From the IMG/VR virus record IMGVR_UViG_3300023184_004198, positions 148,615 through 212,614 of that record: a DNA stretch of 64,000 nt; one strand, given 5' to 3'. How positions within the stretch are numbered: the stretch's first letter is position 1; each line of letters opens with the position of its first letter. Position numbers and translations under genes: made by a program. Under the pieces are notes generated by a model. That model was not told the DNA's origin. It ran no database searches and saw only the letters and a list, made by a program, of their open reading frames with translations. This document shows, piece after piece, positions 20,301-30,249 of this stretch.

Positions 20301-21225
20301 TTATAGCACACCAGACGATGCTTGGCAACAATACACTTCTTTGTATGATGAAACTTCATTTGACCCTGTGTTGATAAATGATGCTGTGGGCAGTTTTGAT
20401 AGTGCTTACACCATTCCCGGCGGATATCAAGTGCAATGTTCTGCCACTGTTGCTGCCACAGATCGAATCACTTGTTCAGATACCACAGACATGACTGTGG
20501 GGGACATTATTTGGTTCACTGGTTCAACATTTGGTGGAGTCGTAGGATTTGGCACCAACAATCAAATTTATTGTGTGTATGACAAACCCAATGCCACTCA
20601 ATTCCGTATTGCAGAAATTGATGGCACTTTTCGAGCATCAATTTCAGGAACCACACTTGTTGTGAGCACTGTGCTCACTGGTGTTTTACAAGTTGGTGAC
20701 GTTTTATTAGGAAGCGGAATTGCGGCTGGCACCCAGATCACTGCTTTTGCTAATGGCAGTGGGGGGACAGGAACATACACTGTTAGCATAAGTCAAACTG
20801 TGGCTCTTTCTACTGTGACTGCTACTGCCAGTCCGCCTTTGCAACTGACCACTGCCACAGGAGATATGACCGCTAGTTGGGGCAATTACCGCATGGACAT
20901 TTATAAGATTTCTATACAACCTGCCACAGCAACTGATCCAGCAATTGTTACGTTGAATCCATTACAACAAGTTGCACCCAATGACTTTGTCACAGTCACG
21001 CAAGGTACAACGTACGGTACAGCACAGTTGTACAGACCCACTGCACCAGGATCTGGGCTGAACTTAATAAATTGGCAGTCACTGATCACTGTGATCACTG
21101 TGATTGGCAATGAAACCACATTTGATGAAGCCAGTATGCAGTTCATTGAGCCTGTGGATATGTACGATACTAGCGATGCACTAGATAAATATCTGGTATT
21201 TCCCAAACAGAATATTTTGGTATAA
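17395..21225 (+). CDS. Large virion structural protein with putative Ig-like domains
   Basis: Repeated SG.LP.GL.L...G.I.G motifs; V.VTNGGSGY motif; 1276 aa. Confidence 0.8.
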   Translation: MAQPVWITPAGSLGIIPEGIFYQNSMRAYDPDPAPGTDLYYRVISGTLPAGIQCSVTGLIAGVPQAVASLQGVPQPVNRNETSKFTLRAYTENEATGQILRIADRTFTLTVSGNDIPEFTTPIGSFTASNTAQFVGAISGTELTVSSITSGTLSNGMVLRGTNIVPGTTIVDTGTANGGTGKYTVNISQTNLGTTITGWIGTYYDGDLVDLTFGYTSLDPDETITVRLVSGELPLGLTLSTSGRLYGYIEPAANVNKTPGYDETQIDTVPYDFVVSAINKNYQFTLEVTDGKSSSLRTFTIYVYNKSDLTADNSIVTGDNTFVTTDQIVDRNPFLVNAEPSYLGRVRSDNYFAYQFRANDYDTVDLTYSIEVNQGEGLPPGLTLDPTTGWYYGYIPDQGLLEVTYSFNITVSQTDNPTITSQPYPFTLTIVGITDSECTWITDSDLGVLENGATSLLKVEAINRGNKPLSYRLKSGAFNELPQGLTLLPSGEIAGRATFNTFSVDLGFTTFDKSQSNITGISETTFDSSYTFTVNAYAEDPSQDVYNVASVTVTNGGSGYSGINLPTLEFSAPIGADAERAQGTAVVSGGQIVAVNVTNQGAGYYSQPTLTVTQGFGGSGAVLTPVIQPYGARDAISVFKTFTIRVFRAYNYPYQNLYVVAMPPVNDRVLLDQLLTNQEIFVPEYIYRPDDANFGVSTAVKYEHAYGLAPETIDTYVASLYLNHYWKNLILGSIETAQALDANGNVVYEVVYSKIVDDLVNSAGESVSKIVNLPYSITDPADGSTEITQVYPNSLVNMRDQVIDVVGQISTKLPLWMTSKQTNGRVLGFTPAWVICYANPGRSKQIAYYISEYFAQQLNSVDFKVDRYVLDRTLSKNWNTETQQWTPTGSLTTFDYYNTTGYVDIGLVECATNLAYDDINYRTLDEINALGGIDGLTWIDDGGVAPFGTKVVIRDGTRIIFVKQEGYFNYSTPDDAWQQYTSLYDETSFDPVLINDAVGSFDSAYTIPGGYQVQCSATVAATDRITCSDTTDMTVGDIIWFTGSTFGGVVGFGTNNQIYCVYDKPNATQFRIAEIDGTFRASISGTTLVVSTVLTGVLQVGDVLLGSGIAAGTQITAFANGSGGTGTYTVSISQTVALSTVTATASPPLQLTTATGDMTASWGNYRMDIYKISIQPATATDPAIVTLNPLQQVAPNDFVTVTQGTTYGTAQLYRPTAPGSGLNLINWQSLITVITVIGNETTFDEASMQFIEPVDMYDTSDALDKYLVFPKQNILV

Positions 21226-21237
21226 CAAGGATAACCA

Positions 21238-22740
21238 ATGTCAAGTAATATTAACCCAAACAACATTGACGGCACATACCCCATTGCTGGTCAAGACAAT
21301 AACTCACAAGGTTTTCGTGACAATTTCACGCAGACCAAAGTTAACTTTCAGTATGCAGCCGATGAAATCAATGACTTGCAGGCCAAGGGTATTTTCAAAG
21401 CAGCACTTACTGGTACCACACTTGACAACAACATGAATGATGCGCTGTTGTATGCTGCCTTGATTCAAGATTTTGCCGCGGTAAAAATTGCACCCAGTCC
21501 GATTTCAGGCACATTAACATTGAATTATGCATCAGCACACTATCAAAGTTATACCACTGCCTCAGCAGGCAGTGTAACTCTGGCATTTTCTAACTTTCCA
21601 CCGTCGGGTACATATGGTTACATGAAATTGCAATTTACTGTGACCAATGTGAGTTACACATTGACCTTGCCTGCCGCAGTGAGTTTGGGTATCACAGGTG
21701 TGCAAGGTATTAGTCCTGGCACAGCAGGTATTCCCAATACCATTACATTTGGAACTACTGGTGTATATGAATTTGGTTTTGGCAGTTATGATGGTGGTAG
21801 CACCATAACCGTGTTTGACTTGAATCGTCCGTTGACATCCTTAGGAGGTGGTGCAGTCACTGTAGGTAGCCTAACTGCCAGTAGTTTTGTCAGCGCAACA
21901 GGCAATGTGATTGGTGGCAACATCAACTCAGCAGGTCTAGCATCAATCACTGGCAATGTGATTGGTGGCAACATCAACTCAGCAGGTCTAGCATCAATCA
22001 CTGGCAACATTCAAGGTGGCAATCTTCGCACAGTTGGCTTGGTCAGTGCCACAGGCAATGTCACAGGTGGCAACATTAATGGATTTGTCAGACCCTCCGT
22101 AGGCACTGCAACAGTTCCTGCATTGTCATTTACCACAGGCCTCAATATGACCACTCCTACAGCAGGTGCTGTAGAGTATGACGGTGTTACATTCTATGGT
22201 ACTCCCAATGCCAGCAATCGCGGTGTTTTAAACACATCGCACTTCATGGTCCTGGCCAGCGATTACATTGGCAGCGATACAAGTTCTGCACAAAAAGTTT
22301 TTAACCTAGGCACAGGATCAGCAGGTGCAATCACACTGCCTGCCAGCACCGCTTATTTCATGGAAGCAGTGTACTACATCACACGAGGAGTGGGATCAAA
22401 TTCACACACATTGAGCACACTGTTTGCACTGAGTTCAGCATTGACCGGTATTACATACACTGCCGATACTACTAGTACCACTGGTAATACCCTGGGTGCT
22501 GTGAGTAGAATATATGGTACAGCGGCCACAGCAGTGGCAGTCACTGGTGCCAGTACCAGTACAACTGAAAACATCACTGTGGTAATTCGTGGCATTGTTC
22601 GTACCAATGCATCTACAACCTTTACACCACAAGTGCAATACAGTTCGGCACCAGGTGGCGCTCCCACATTCTTGACCAACAGTTATATTCGATTGACACC
22701 AATCGGTAGCGGTGCTGTGACTTATGTGGGCAACTGGTAA
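21238..22740 (+). CDS. Virion structural/fibre protein
   Basis: YP.AGQDN.SQGFRDNF N-terminus; GNV.GGN repeats. Confidence 0.75.
   Translation: MSSNINPNNIDGTYPIAGQDNNSQGFRDNFTQTKVNFQYAADEINDLQAKGIFKAALTGTTLDNNMNDALLYAALIQDFAAVKIAPSPISGTLTLNYASAHYQSYTTASAGSVTLAFSNFPPSGTYGYMKLQFTVTNVSYTLTLPAAVSLGITGVQGISPGTAGIPNTITFGTTGVYEFGFGSYDGGSTITVFDLNRPLTSLGGGAVTVGSLTASSFVSATGNVIGGNINSAGLASITGNVIGGNINSAGLASITGNIQGGNLRTVGLVSATGNVTGGNINGFVRPSVGTATVPALSFTTGLNMTTPTAGAVEYDGVTFYGTPNASNRGVLNTSHFMVLASDYIGSDTSSAQKVFNLGTGSAGAITLPASTAYFMEAVYYITRGVGSNSHTLSTLFALSSALTGITYTADTTSTTGNTLGAVSRIYGTAATAVAVTGASTSTTENITVVIRGIVRTNASTTFTPQVQYSSAPGGAPTFLTNSYIRLTPIGSGAVTYVGNW
21901..22007 (+). repeat. Perfect 51-bp in-frame tandem duplication
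   Basis: GGCAATGTGATTGGTGGCAACATCAACTCAGCAGGTCTAGCATCAATCACT twice. Confidence 0.95.
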
Positions 22741-22750
22741 TCCAAACGCC

Positions 22751-22780
22751 TTGACTTTCATCAGCGGTCTGCTGTATAAT
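22751..22780 (+). promoter_or_regulatory. Sigma70-type promoter, probably giving a leaderless transcript
   Basis: TTGACT-N18-TATAAT; ATG 5 nt downstream. Confidence 0.7.
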
Positions 22781-22785
22781 ATACT

Positions 22786-23022
22786 ATGGAACATCCGCTG
22801 ATAGGCCCACTTGATGAATTAACGCTGGAAGAACTCGGCGCCAAAGTCAACGAACTGGGTAAAAAATTGGGCATTGCTGCCCGCACTGGAAATGGCCATT
22901 TGTGTAATCAAATACGCATGGCCATGGAAAACTATCAAAACATGTATCAAACCCGGTTGCAAGAGAGTTATAAAAAAGCTCAAGGTGACTCAAACTTCGA
23001 CGACAAAATAAACATCCAATGA
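22786..23022 (+). CDS. Hypothetical protein
   Basis: 78 aa, helical. Confidence 0.7.
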   Translation: MEHPLIGPLDELTLEELGAKVNELGKKLGIAARTGNGHLCNQIRMAMENYQNMYQTRLQESYKKAQGDSNFDDKINIQ

Positions 23023-23621
23023 ACGTTAGACTACAATACGACCTAGATTTCCTGGCAGGAATCTACTACGACGACCGATTGCAATTAAACAGTTACTCAG
23101 TGAGCATGAGTTTGTTGACCAAAACCATGGATGCTGCCAACACTAACATTGCCATGGATCGACTGAAAATGTTCATGCACGGTGAATTGGCCAATACTGT
23201 GTTCGTTAACCAAGCACACAGAGAACGTGCTGAAATGTTGCAGATCATGGGTGTGAATGTGACCACATTGCCCGAAGAACCAGTAGACCAGATTGTGGGC
23301 ATGATGCTATACTACAAGCTCAATGCCATCATGGAAGGACGCATGAGTGTGACCAGATTGGATCTCATGAGTGCATTAGGCGATTCAGTTTGGTATCAAC
23401 ATGACGCTGATGAAGACTCACCAGGTCCATTCAGAGCCGAAGGCTGGTGGCATGAACCCACTGTGCAACATGACACTGTGGCTCAGGGAGATGCTGGAGA
23501 CAACGTGGTCAAAGTCATACCCAATGCCTGGATTGAATACGGCTTGACCTGGCCCGAAAACACACCTGAACCCACTGCCAACACTGTGGTATTTGCCAAT
23601 TTCTCAAAAAATGAAGACTAA
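23019..23621 (+). CDS. Hypothetical protein, possibly a degenerate T-fold
   Basis: 200 aa, coupled on both sides. Confidence 0.7.
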   Translation: MNVRLQYDLDFLAGIYYDDRLQLNSYSVSMSLLTKTMDAANTNIAMDRLKMFMHGELANTVFVNQAHRERAEMLQIMGVNVTTLPEEPVDQIVGMMLYYKLNAIMEGRMSVTRLDLMSALGDSVWYQHDADEDSPGPFRAEGWWHEPTVQHDTVAQGDAGDNVVKVIPNAWIEYGLTWPENTPEPTANTVVFANFSKNED

Positions 23622-24123
23622 TCAATACGGCGAAATTATATATAACGAAAGTGATCTTGTGAACATGATCATGAGTGGCGCTACTATAGATGGCTTGAAA
23701 GGCATGCTGGTTGAGTCAGGCGTGAATTTAGAAACAGCGTCAGCATATTTAGAGCAGGTGCCGGAACTAATTGAATACTCATTTACAGACATGACTGTGG
23801 AAGAGTTTGATGTAATGAAACAGAACTCCTGGCACATGCCTGAAGAGTACAAACAGTTGGACATTGCCGAATATGTGTTGAGCCTGTGCGACTCAGATGC
23901 TCGACTGCAACGCTGTGGTCAAGAACTGTTGTTGTTTCAAGAACGCAACTTGTTTGATTTGTTGCGTTATCTCAAATATCTTGTGGATACGTTGACAGCC
24001 AACCACATGATTTGGGGAGTAGGACGTGGGTCCAGTGTGGCCAGTTACGTGTTGTACTTGTTGGGTGTGCATAGAATTGACAGTATGTTCTATGATTTAG
24101 ATCCCACAGAGTTCTTGCGTTAA
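23611..24123 (+). CDS. DNA polymerase III alpha (DnaE)-like fragment
   Basis: WGVGRGSSVASYVLYLLGV.RID...Y.L....FL; ends before the catalytic PDxDxD. Confidence 0.8.
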   Translation: MKTNQYGEIIYNESDLVNMIMSGATIDGLKGMLVESGVNLETASAYLEQVPELIEYSFTDMTVEEFDVMKQNSWHMPEEYKQLDIAEYVLSLCDSDARLQRCGQELLLFQERNLFDLLRYLKYLVDTLTANHMIWGVGRGSSVASYVLYLLGVHRIDSMFYDLDPTEFLR

Positions 24124-24144
24124 ATAGAGTTTTAGGAGAAAGAC

Positions 24145-24372
24145 ATGACCAAAGAAGTATACAAAAGTGCTCGTGGCAAACCTGTGGACATGGGAGCATT
24201 GCGTTTAAAAAATGAAAAAGAACGTGCAGTAGGCAATATGAAAGTGAATGCTCGTGGTGACGCTGTGGATGAAGGCAATCACCCAGTTCAAAGCCGACCA
24301 CAACAGGTGCATAAACAATATCAACAACAGATTCAAGCAAAAACTTCTTCACACAAATGGGATTTAGATTAA
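24145..24372 (+). CDS. Hypothetical protein
   Basis: AGGAG RBS; YKSARGK.VDM...AVGNMKVNARGD. Confidence 0.7.
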   Translation: MTKEVYKSARGKPVDMGALRLKNEKERAVGNMKVNARGDAVDEGNHPVQSRPQQVHKQYQQQIQAKTSSHKWDLD

Positions 24373-24749
24373 TGAAAGCAGCATACAGCGCACATAGAGT
24401 TAGCAAGTTACAAGCATTAAATGATTCAGTGTTAGTAGAAGATATGGTATTTGATGAACGCCTTTCAAATGGCGGTATTGTGCTGTTAAACGACAATGGC
24501 AAGAGTTCAGGTATTCGTCCACGCTGGGGGCGAGTGTATGCCATTGGTCCTGAGCAGCAAGATGTGCGGGTAGGTGAGTGGATTTGTGTGGCACACGGAC
24601 GTTGGACACGTGGCCTGGACATTGAAGATGACAAAGGCAAACGTACCATTCGCAAAATTGACCCCAAAGATATCTTGATGTCAGCAGATGAAAAACCATC
24701 AGATGTCACATTCTCTGATGCTATTCACGTTGAACGCAAAGAACGATGA
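24372..24749 (+). CDS. groES: GroES-like co-chaperonin
   Basis: L.AL.D.VLV...GGIVL...G.V.AIGP....V.VG. Confidence 0.8.
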   Translation: MKAAYSAHRVSKLQALNDSVLVEDMVFDERLSNGGIVLLNDNGKSSGIRPRWGRVYAIGPEQQDVRVGEWICVAHGRWTRGLDIEDDKGKRTIRKIDPKDILMSADEKPSDVTFSDAIHVERKER

Positions 24750-24979
24750 AAATTGACTGGAACGTTGACCAAGTGATTGGTGAATGTCAAAAAATGTATT
24801 ACGGGGCAACGGATCCATATGTCACAGGTTGGAACAATTGGCCTTGCAAACAAGACTTGTATCGTGTAAAATTTGCTGTGGACGAAATGTTAAAAAACAC
24901 CAGTACGTTCACTGGTGAAGAAAAGTGGTTGTTGGAACAAGAACAACAACAGATGTGGAAAATACTAAAATCAAGGTAA
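24746..24979 (+). CDS. Hypothetical protein
   Basis: 77 aa, coupled. Confidence 0.65.
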   Translation: MKIDWNVDQVIGECQKMYYGATDPYVTGWNNWPCKQDLYRVKFAVDEMLKNTSTFTGEEKWLLEQEQQQMWKILKSR

Positions 24980-24982
24980 AAC

Positions 24983-25906
24983 ATGAAACAGTTATGGACA
25001 GAAAAATATCGGCCCAACACTTTGGCGGATTATGTTTTTCGTGACCAAGCACAGCGAGAGCAGGTAGAGGGTTGGGTCAAATCTGGCGCTATCCCACACT
25101 TGCTGTTCTCTGGATCACCAGGTGTGGGCAAGACCACCTTGGCCAAGATCCTGATACATGAACTAGGCATTGATCCGTTTGATGTCATGGAAATCAATGC
25201 GTCAAGAGAAAACAACATTGATACTATTCGTGCCAAGATCACAGGCTTTGTGCAGACCATGCCGTTTGGTGATTTTAAAATTGTGTTGTTGGACGAAGCA
25301 GATTACATCACTCCCAACGGCCAAGCAGCCTTGCGTGGTGTAATGGAAACCTACTCCAGCACTGCCAGATTCATACTCACTTGCAATTATCCCAATCGTG
25401 TTATCCCGGCCTTGCACAGCAGATGTCAAGGATTCCACATTGAGAAAGTGGATGTCACAGAATTCACTGCTAGAATGGCCACCATCTTGGTAACAGAGAG
25501 TGTGGAGTTTGACCTGGATACCTTGGACAGTTATGTCAAGGCCACATATCCAGACCTGCGCAAGTGTATCAACTTGTGCCAAATGAACACAGTGGATGGC
25601 AGGTTGTCAGCCCCTCATGGGGACGAAGGTGGCGCAACATCTGACTATTTGTTGGCGGCTGTGGACATGTTCAAACGTGGCAAAATACGTGAAGCCAGAA
25701 CATTGTTGTGCCAAAATGTGCGCAGTGAGGACATGGAAGCCCTGTTCCGCTGGATGTACGACAACTTGGACTTGTGGGGCACAACACCCGAACGCCAGGA
25801 CCAAGCCATTATAATCATACGCAACAGTGCGGCCAATAACAGCCTTGTGGCGGATCACGAAATCAACTTGAGCGCAACCATTGTAGAACTGTGCAACATT
25901 CAATGA
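24983..25906 (+). CDS. Sliding-clamp loader AAA+ subunit (RFC small / T4 gp44-like)
   Basis: WTEKYRP, GSPGVGKTT, EINAS, LDEAD, SRC motif. Confidence 0.93.
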   Translation: MKQLWTEKYRPNTLADYVFRDQAQREQVEGWVKSGAIPHLLFSGSPGVGKTTLAKILIHELGIDPFDVMEINASRENNIDTIRAKITGFVQTMPFGDFKIVLLDEADYITPNGQAALRGVMETYSSTARFILTCNYPNRVIPALHSRCQGFHIEKVDVTEFTARMATILVTESVEFDLDTLDSYVKATYPDLRKCINLCQMNTVDGRLSAPHGDEGGATSDYLLAAVDMFKRGKIREARTLLCQNVRSEDMEALFRWMYDNLDLWGTTPERQDQAIIIIRNSAANNSLVADHEINLSATIVELCNIQ

Positions 25907-26193
25907 GATACTTACTTTTAACCTATTACAAAAAACCCGACGGCAAGATTGACGAAGTCATGGCCGTGGCCAAAAACTTGAAAAAACGCGACATTGCAAC
26001 TTGCAACGTCATACTTGACTTTAAAAAATTAGAAGTGATCAAAGCCAGTATGTCGGGCACAGATGTACCAAAAGATTTTGACCGCATTGCAGGGTATTAC
26101 CATCAACACTATGCTGCCACCATAGAGCGATTGTTCAACGAGAATGGCTACGAAGTTGAAGTCAACAAACCCCAACAAGATGCGGCTGGATGA
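25903..26193 (+). CDS. Hypothetical protein
   Basis: ATGA coupling, MRYLLLTYY. Confidence 0.7.
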   Translation: MRYLLLTYYKKPDGKIDEVMAVAKNLKKRDIATCNVILDFKKLEVIKASMSGTDVPKDFDRIAGYYHQHYAATIERLFNENGYEVEVNKPQQDAAG

Positions 26194-27118
26194 TTTAGAT
26201 GGTTTACACATTGAACTGACCAATCTGTGTACGTTGAAATGTCCAGGTTGCCTGAGAACACAGTTGATTAAAAAATGGCCTCGCCATTGGAAAAATTACA
26301 GTTTAGATTTGGATGTTGTTGCAAAATTCTTAGACGTTGATTTGCAGGGCAAAACCATTACCTTGTGTGGCAACACAGGCGATTCTATATATCATCCCAA
26401 GTTTCATGACTTTGTGGCATATTTTAAAAATCGCGGTGCCCAGCTTCGAGTGTTTACCAATGGTAGTTATCGCAATCAGTCTTGGTGGGACACCACTGTT
26501 TCTTATTTGGACAGCGCAGATACAGTGATTTTTAGCGTGGATGGTCTGCCAGAAAATTTTACACAATATCGAATCAATGCAGATTGGCAATCAATTTTGA
26601 TTGGCATGCAGGCTTGTATACAAGCATCTTGCAAAACTGTGTGGAAATACATTCCGTTCAATTTCAATGAAAATGACATTGCTGCCGCAGAACAACTCAG
26701 TCAAAACATGGGCTTTGATGTTTTTAAAATTGAACAAAGCAGCAGATTTGACGAACGCAATGGAGTAGATTATCAGTTGATGTCTTTCATGCCCAGCGGC
26801 AATCAACACATAGATGCAAGATATCAACATCAAGCAGAATGGAAAAACTCAAGGCTCACAATCCAGATTGATCCTGTTTGCAATGATCAAAGAAGTCATT
26901 ACATTTCGGCCAACGGGTTTTACAGTCCCTGTTGTTTTGTATCTGACTATGCATTTTATTACAAGACAGAATTTGGTAAAAACAAAAAAATGTACAACAT
27001 TGCAGACCGTACACTCACCGGGTTGTTTCAACAAACAGAATTCAATGAGTTTTACAATAATTTACACGATCACGCAGTTTGTCAATTTAGTTGTCCCGCT
27101 ACACAGGAAAGAAAATGA
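26180..27118 (+). CDS. Radical SAM protein with Twitch/SPASM-like C-terminus
   Basis: CTLKCPGC, TNG, SVDG, C...G..SPCC...C...C. Confidence 0.88.
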   Translation: MRLDDLDGLHIELTNLCTLKCPGCLRTQLIKKWPRHWKNYSLDLDVVAKFLDVDLQGKTITLCGNTGDSIYHPKFHDFVAYFKNRGAQLRVFTNGSYRNQSWWDTTVSYLDSADTVIFSVDGLPENFTQYRINADWQSILIGMQACIQASCKTVWKYIPFNFNENDIAAAEQLSQNMGFDVFKIEQSSRFDERNGVDYQLMSFMPSGNQHIDARYQHQAEWKNSRLTIQIDPVCNDQRSHYISANGFYSPCCFVSDYAFYYKTEFGKNKKMYNIADRTLTGLFQQTEFNEFYNNLHDHAVCQFSCPATQERK

Positions 27119-27696
27119 AAAAGAAATTAATATTAGTTGATGCAGATGGTGTATTGTTAGACTGGGAGTTTGCGTTCTCAGTGTGGATGGAAGAACACGG
27201 GTTTGCCAAACAGGAAGGACATCAGTTTGAATACGATATTGGTGTTCGCTACGGCATTGATCGAGAGCAGAGTTTCAAACTGATCAAAATGTTCAACGAG
27301 TCGGCTGCAATTGGATTTTTGCCACCGCTGCGTGATGCCATGTACTATGTGAAACGCCTGCACGAAGAGCATGGCTATGTGTTTCACTGCATCACCAGTT
27401 TGAGTACAGACGTCAATGCTGGTAGATTGAGAGAAATGAACCTGCGTAAGTTGTTTGGCAAGACTGCATTTACAGGTGTCACATGTTTGGCCACTGGTGC
27501 AGATAAACACTCGGCACTGGAGCCTTATACCAATTCGGGTCTGTGGTGGATTGAAGACAAGCCCGAAAATGCTGACCTAGGCTATGATCTGGGTTTGCAG
27601 AGCATATTAATGGAACACGGGCACAACATGAATCATGAGTGCCCGTATCCTGTGGTTAAAAATTGGCGGGAAATCTACGCAATAATCACCTCCTAA
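27115..27696 (+). CDS. HAD-superfamily phosphatase (5'-nucleotidase-like, T4 30.2-like)
   Basis: DADGVLLD motif I; WIEDK motif. Confidence 0.8.
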   Translation: MKKKLILVDADGVLLDWEFAFSVWMEEHGFAKQEGHQFEYDIGVRYGIDREQSFKLIKMFNESAAIGFLPPLRDAMYYVKRLHEEHGYVFHCITSLSTDVNAGRLREMNLRKLFGKTAFTGVTCLATGADKHSALEPYTNSGLWWIEDKPENADLGYDLGLQSILMEHGHNMNHECPYPVVKNWREIYAIITS

Positions 27697-28427
27697 GCGG
27701 CGTAGAGTTTCAACACTGACCCAATGATGCTGTGGCGTTGCACGTCACGAGTTTGCATTTCGCACACAGCAATTCCCGCCACTGGTGTTTGACCCAGTTT
27801 AGCGCATAGATCGTACAAGCCATTGTCCCCTCTAGCACGATCGGCTTGTTCCACATCTCCTGTAATCACTATCTTAGAGTTCTGTCCAATGCGTGTCATC
27901 AGCATTTTTACTTGTGCTGGTGTGGCATTTTGCATTTCGTCTGCGATGATCCACGAATTTTTGAAGGTTCGGCCTCTCATGTATGCCAGAGGAGATATTT
28001 CCAGAACTTGATCTTCAATCATGGCCACGATGTCTTGTGGCCTATAGTATTCACGCATGACATCCAATAAGGGACGAGTCCAAGGTTCCATTTTGGCAAC
28101 TAAATTGCCGGGCAAAAAGCCATGGCTTTCGCCCTCTACACCCACTGCGGGTCTTGTCAGCACTATTCGATCGCATACTCCTTCTCTTAGATTTTTAACA
28201 GCAGCCAGCATCGCCAGGTACGTTTTACCTGTTCCAGCGGGACCTGCTGTGACGACAATGTGTTGATCAGGGTCCTGTAGTGCCATGACCAGGCGCTCTT
28301 GATTTCGTGTTCGAGGGATCAAGTCTATGCGGCGAGGTTGTGCCCGCGGCGCTTGGTTAAAGTTAATGGTGTTTTCTACTGCCTGATTCATACGTTTTTG
28401 TGCTTTTGTTGCTCGTTGTCTACTCAA
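27693..28427 (-). CDS. phoH: PhoH family ATPase
   Basis: GPAGTGKT, RPAV, GFLPG, YMRGRTF, DEMQN, TRIG, GD..Q.D; TTG start with AGGAG RBS. Confidence 0.95.
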   Translation of the reverse strand: MSRQRATKAQKRMNQAVENTINFNQAPRAQPRRIDLIPRTRNQERLVMALQDPDQHIVVTAGPAGTGKTYLAMLAAVKNLREGVCDRIVLTRPAVGVEGESHGFLPGNLVAKMEPWTRPLLDVMREYYRPQDIVAMIEDQVLEISPLAYMRGRTFKNSWIIADEMQNATPAQVKMLMTRIGQNSKIVITGDVEQADRARGDNGLYDLCAKLGQTPVAGIAVCEMQTRDVQRHSIIGSVLKLYAA

Positions 28428-28593
28428 GTGTGATTCTCCTAAGCCCTGTAGGGCCAGGTATTTACGGTCAGCATTTTGATGATAACGGAGTGGTATTCTT
28501 TAATTCTTGGTCACTAAATACTGACCAGGCCGCAAAAAGCACACAGGCCTAAGTCTATTGTGCGCTCACAACAACTTTGGTAAATAATGCATT

Positions 28594-29205
28594 ATGCAAA
28601 CAAAGAACATACACGGCACCAACGACAAAGAACTGTTCAAGAATCACGAAGATTATTGGCAGGTCGCTGACAACATTCGTGACATTTACATGAGCGATGG
28701 CAGTCTGACCACGCTGTTGGACTTTGAACGTGTGTTGGACGAGATGGATATTTACGCATTTCGTAACTGGGAAATTGGCGAATTAGTTGCTGGCCCAGAC
28801 ATTGGCAAATACACAGTGGGTGTGACATTTATGTGGCCAGAAAAAATGATGCCTGACCCACGCGGCGGCAAAAGGCTGCTGCCATTTGATTGCAAAGTCA
28901 CATACAAAAAACAAAAGATCAAAATCCCCATCAAAATTGATGATCCATCGGATTACATTCCTGGCACCAAGAAAGCCAAGATTGTTGAGAAGCCTGTGTG
29001 GCTGGTGGAGATTGTCATGCCCAAGCGCCTCATGAGCGAGATCCGTACAGGCTCAATTGAGATGGAAGATCAAGAAATTGACTTGGATGAACTAGACGCA
29101 GCCTACGAGCAGGATCTAGACAAAGAAGACACACAAAGTGATGCAAAGGCACAAAATGCACAACAAAACTTACAACAAGACCTCCAACCCGTCCCGGCTG
29201 CTTGA
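28594..29205 (+). CDS. Hypothetical late protein
   Basis: 203 aa, TAAATA motif upstream. Confidence 0.75.
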   Translation: MQTKNIHGTNDKELFKNHEDYWQVADNIRDIYMSDGSLTTLLDFERVLDEMDIYAFRNWEIGELVAGPDIGKYTVGVTFMWPEKMMPDPRGGKRLLPFDCKVTYKKQKIKIPIKIDDPSDYIPGTKKAKIVEKPVWLVEIVMPKRLMSEIRTGSIEMEDQEIDLDELDAAYEQDLDKEDTQSDAKAQNAQQNLQQDLQPVPAA

Positions 29206-29725
29206 AGGGTTGCAATATCGTGACCTAGAAGGCATGATGAAGCCTACCATTCATGTGGATGAATTTAGTGGCAAAATGGGCGATGATGAGGATATCATTG
29301 TGTTGAGTTTCTTTGTGCGTGACAAACAAGCAGCCAAAGACCTAGTGGCCTGGTTTGAAAAAGGCTATGATTTTGTACTGGATGCTGACCGCAGCCCAGG
29401 TGAAATCAAACCCAGCCGCTATTTGGTGTATGTGGAAATGCGTCGCCGCAGTGCTGCACCACAGTATGTGGCCGAATTGATTAATGATTTAACTACACTC
29501 ACAGAACATGAACCTGAAGATTGGATAATGCGATATAATAATCAAACACAGCCTTGGAGTGAAGAAGCATTTGCAAGCACTGTGCCGCTGACTCCAGATG
29601 AGTATCGTAGAACACACGAATCAGATTTGAATGAGTGGCGCACTGCCGCTGGGTTGCCTGTAAAACAGATTCACGAAACCCGGCCTGACATGCGGGCACT
29701 ACAGGCTGCTGCTGGACTTATCTAA
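29156..29725 (+). CDS. Hypothetical protein
   Basis: ~190 aa; exact start uncertain. Confidence 0.7.
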   Translation: MHNKTYNKTSNPSRLLEGLQYRDLEGMMKPTIHVDEFSGKMGDDEDIIVLSFFVRDKQAAKDLVAWFEKGYDFVLDADRSPGEIKPSRYLVYVEMRRRSAAPQYVAELINDLTTLTEHEPEDWIMRYNNQTQPWSEEAFASTVPLTPDEYRRTHESDLNEWRTAAGLPVKQIHETRPDMRALQAAAGLI

Positions 29726-30233
29726 TCCATTCACAGTAGATTCTATTGTTGCTGTCCTGCTGTAAATCAGCAACACGGAATCCAAACTGGTCAGCATATT
29801 GATGCAACCGTTCAGGAGTCCAGTCAAAAAAATCAATAGACTTGCATTGTTCATTGCCGTGGTCTTGACGTCCAGGATTGCAACGCCAGTATATTCTAGC
29901 ATGCGGAGTCAGCAATTGAACCACATGATCAATTTGCTTTAATATTGTTTCCTCACTACCAAAATTGATACTGCCCAGGCAAAATGCCACATTAAATTGT
30001 ATATTGCTTTCAAACTCTTCAATGGTGCATTTGTAGTCAGCCTGATCAAACGCAGGATCTATGCCGGTTAGATTGGCAATGCGTCCTCGAAACGGATTGG
30101 TGCCGCAGCCTACATCCAGCACTGATTCGCCTAGTTTTATTTTTTGGAGAAGTGCCCATCCAGAATATTCATATTGATCAATGTTTGAGTGCCAATGAGT
30201 GCTGAAATATTTGTCTAAGGTGTGTTGGTCCAT
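29718..30233 (-). CDS. Class I SAM-dependent methyltransferase
   Basis: VLDVGCG, GIDP; start set at MDQHTL to avoid overlap with the divergent gene. Confidence 0.8.
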   Translation of the reverse strand: MDQHTLDKYFSTHWHSNIDQYEYSGWALLQKIKLGESVLDVGCGTNPFRGRIANLTGIDPAFDQADYKCTIEEFESNIQFNVAFCLGSINFGSEETILKQIDHVVQLLTPHARIYWRCNPGRQDHGNEQCKSIDFFDWTPERLHQYADQFGFRVADLQQDSNNRIYCEWIR

Positions 30234-30249
30234 ATAATTAATTATACAC

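Noticed and set aside
28466-28560. Inverted repeat GGTCAGCATTT/AAATACTGACC and a small hairpin in the phoH intergenic region as an ncRNA
   Set aside because: Short, and largely explained by divergent TAAATA promoter contexts; too little structure to call
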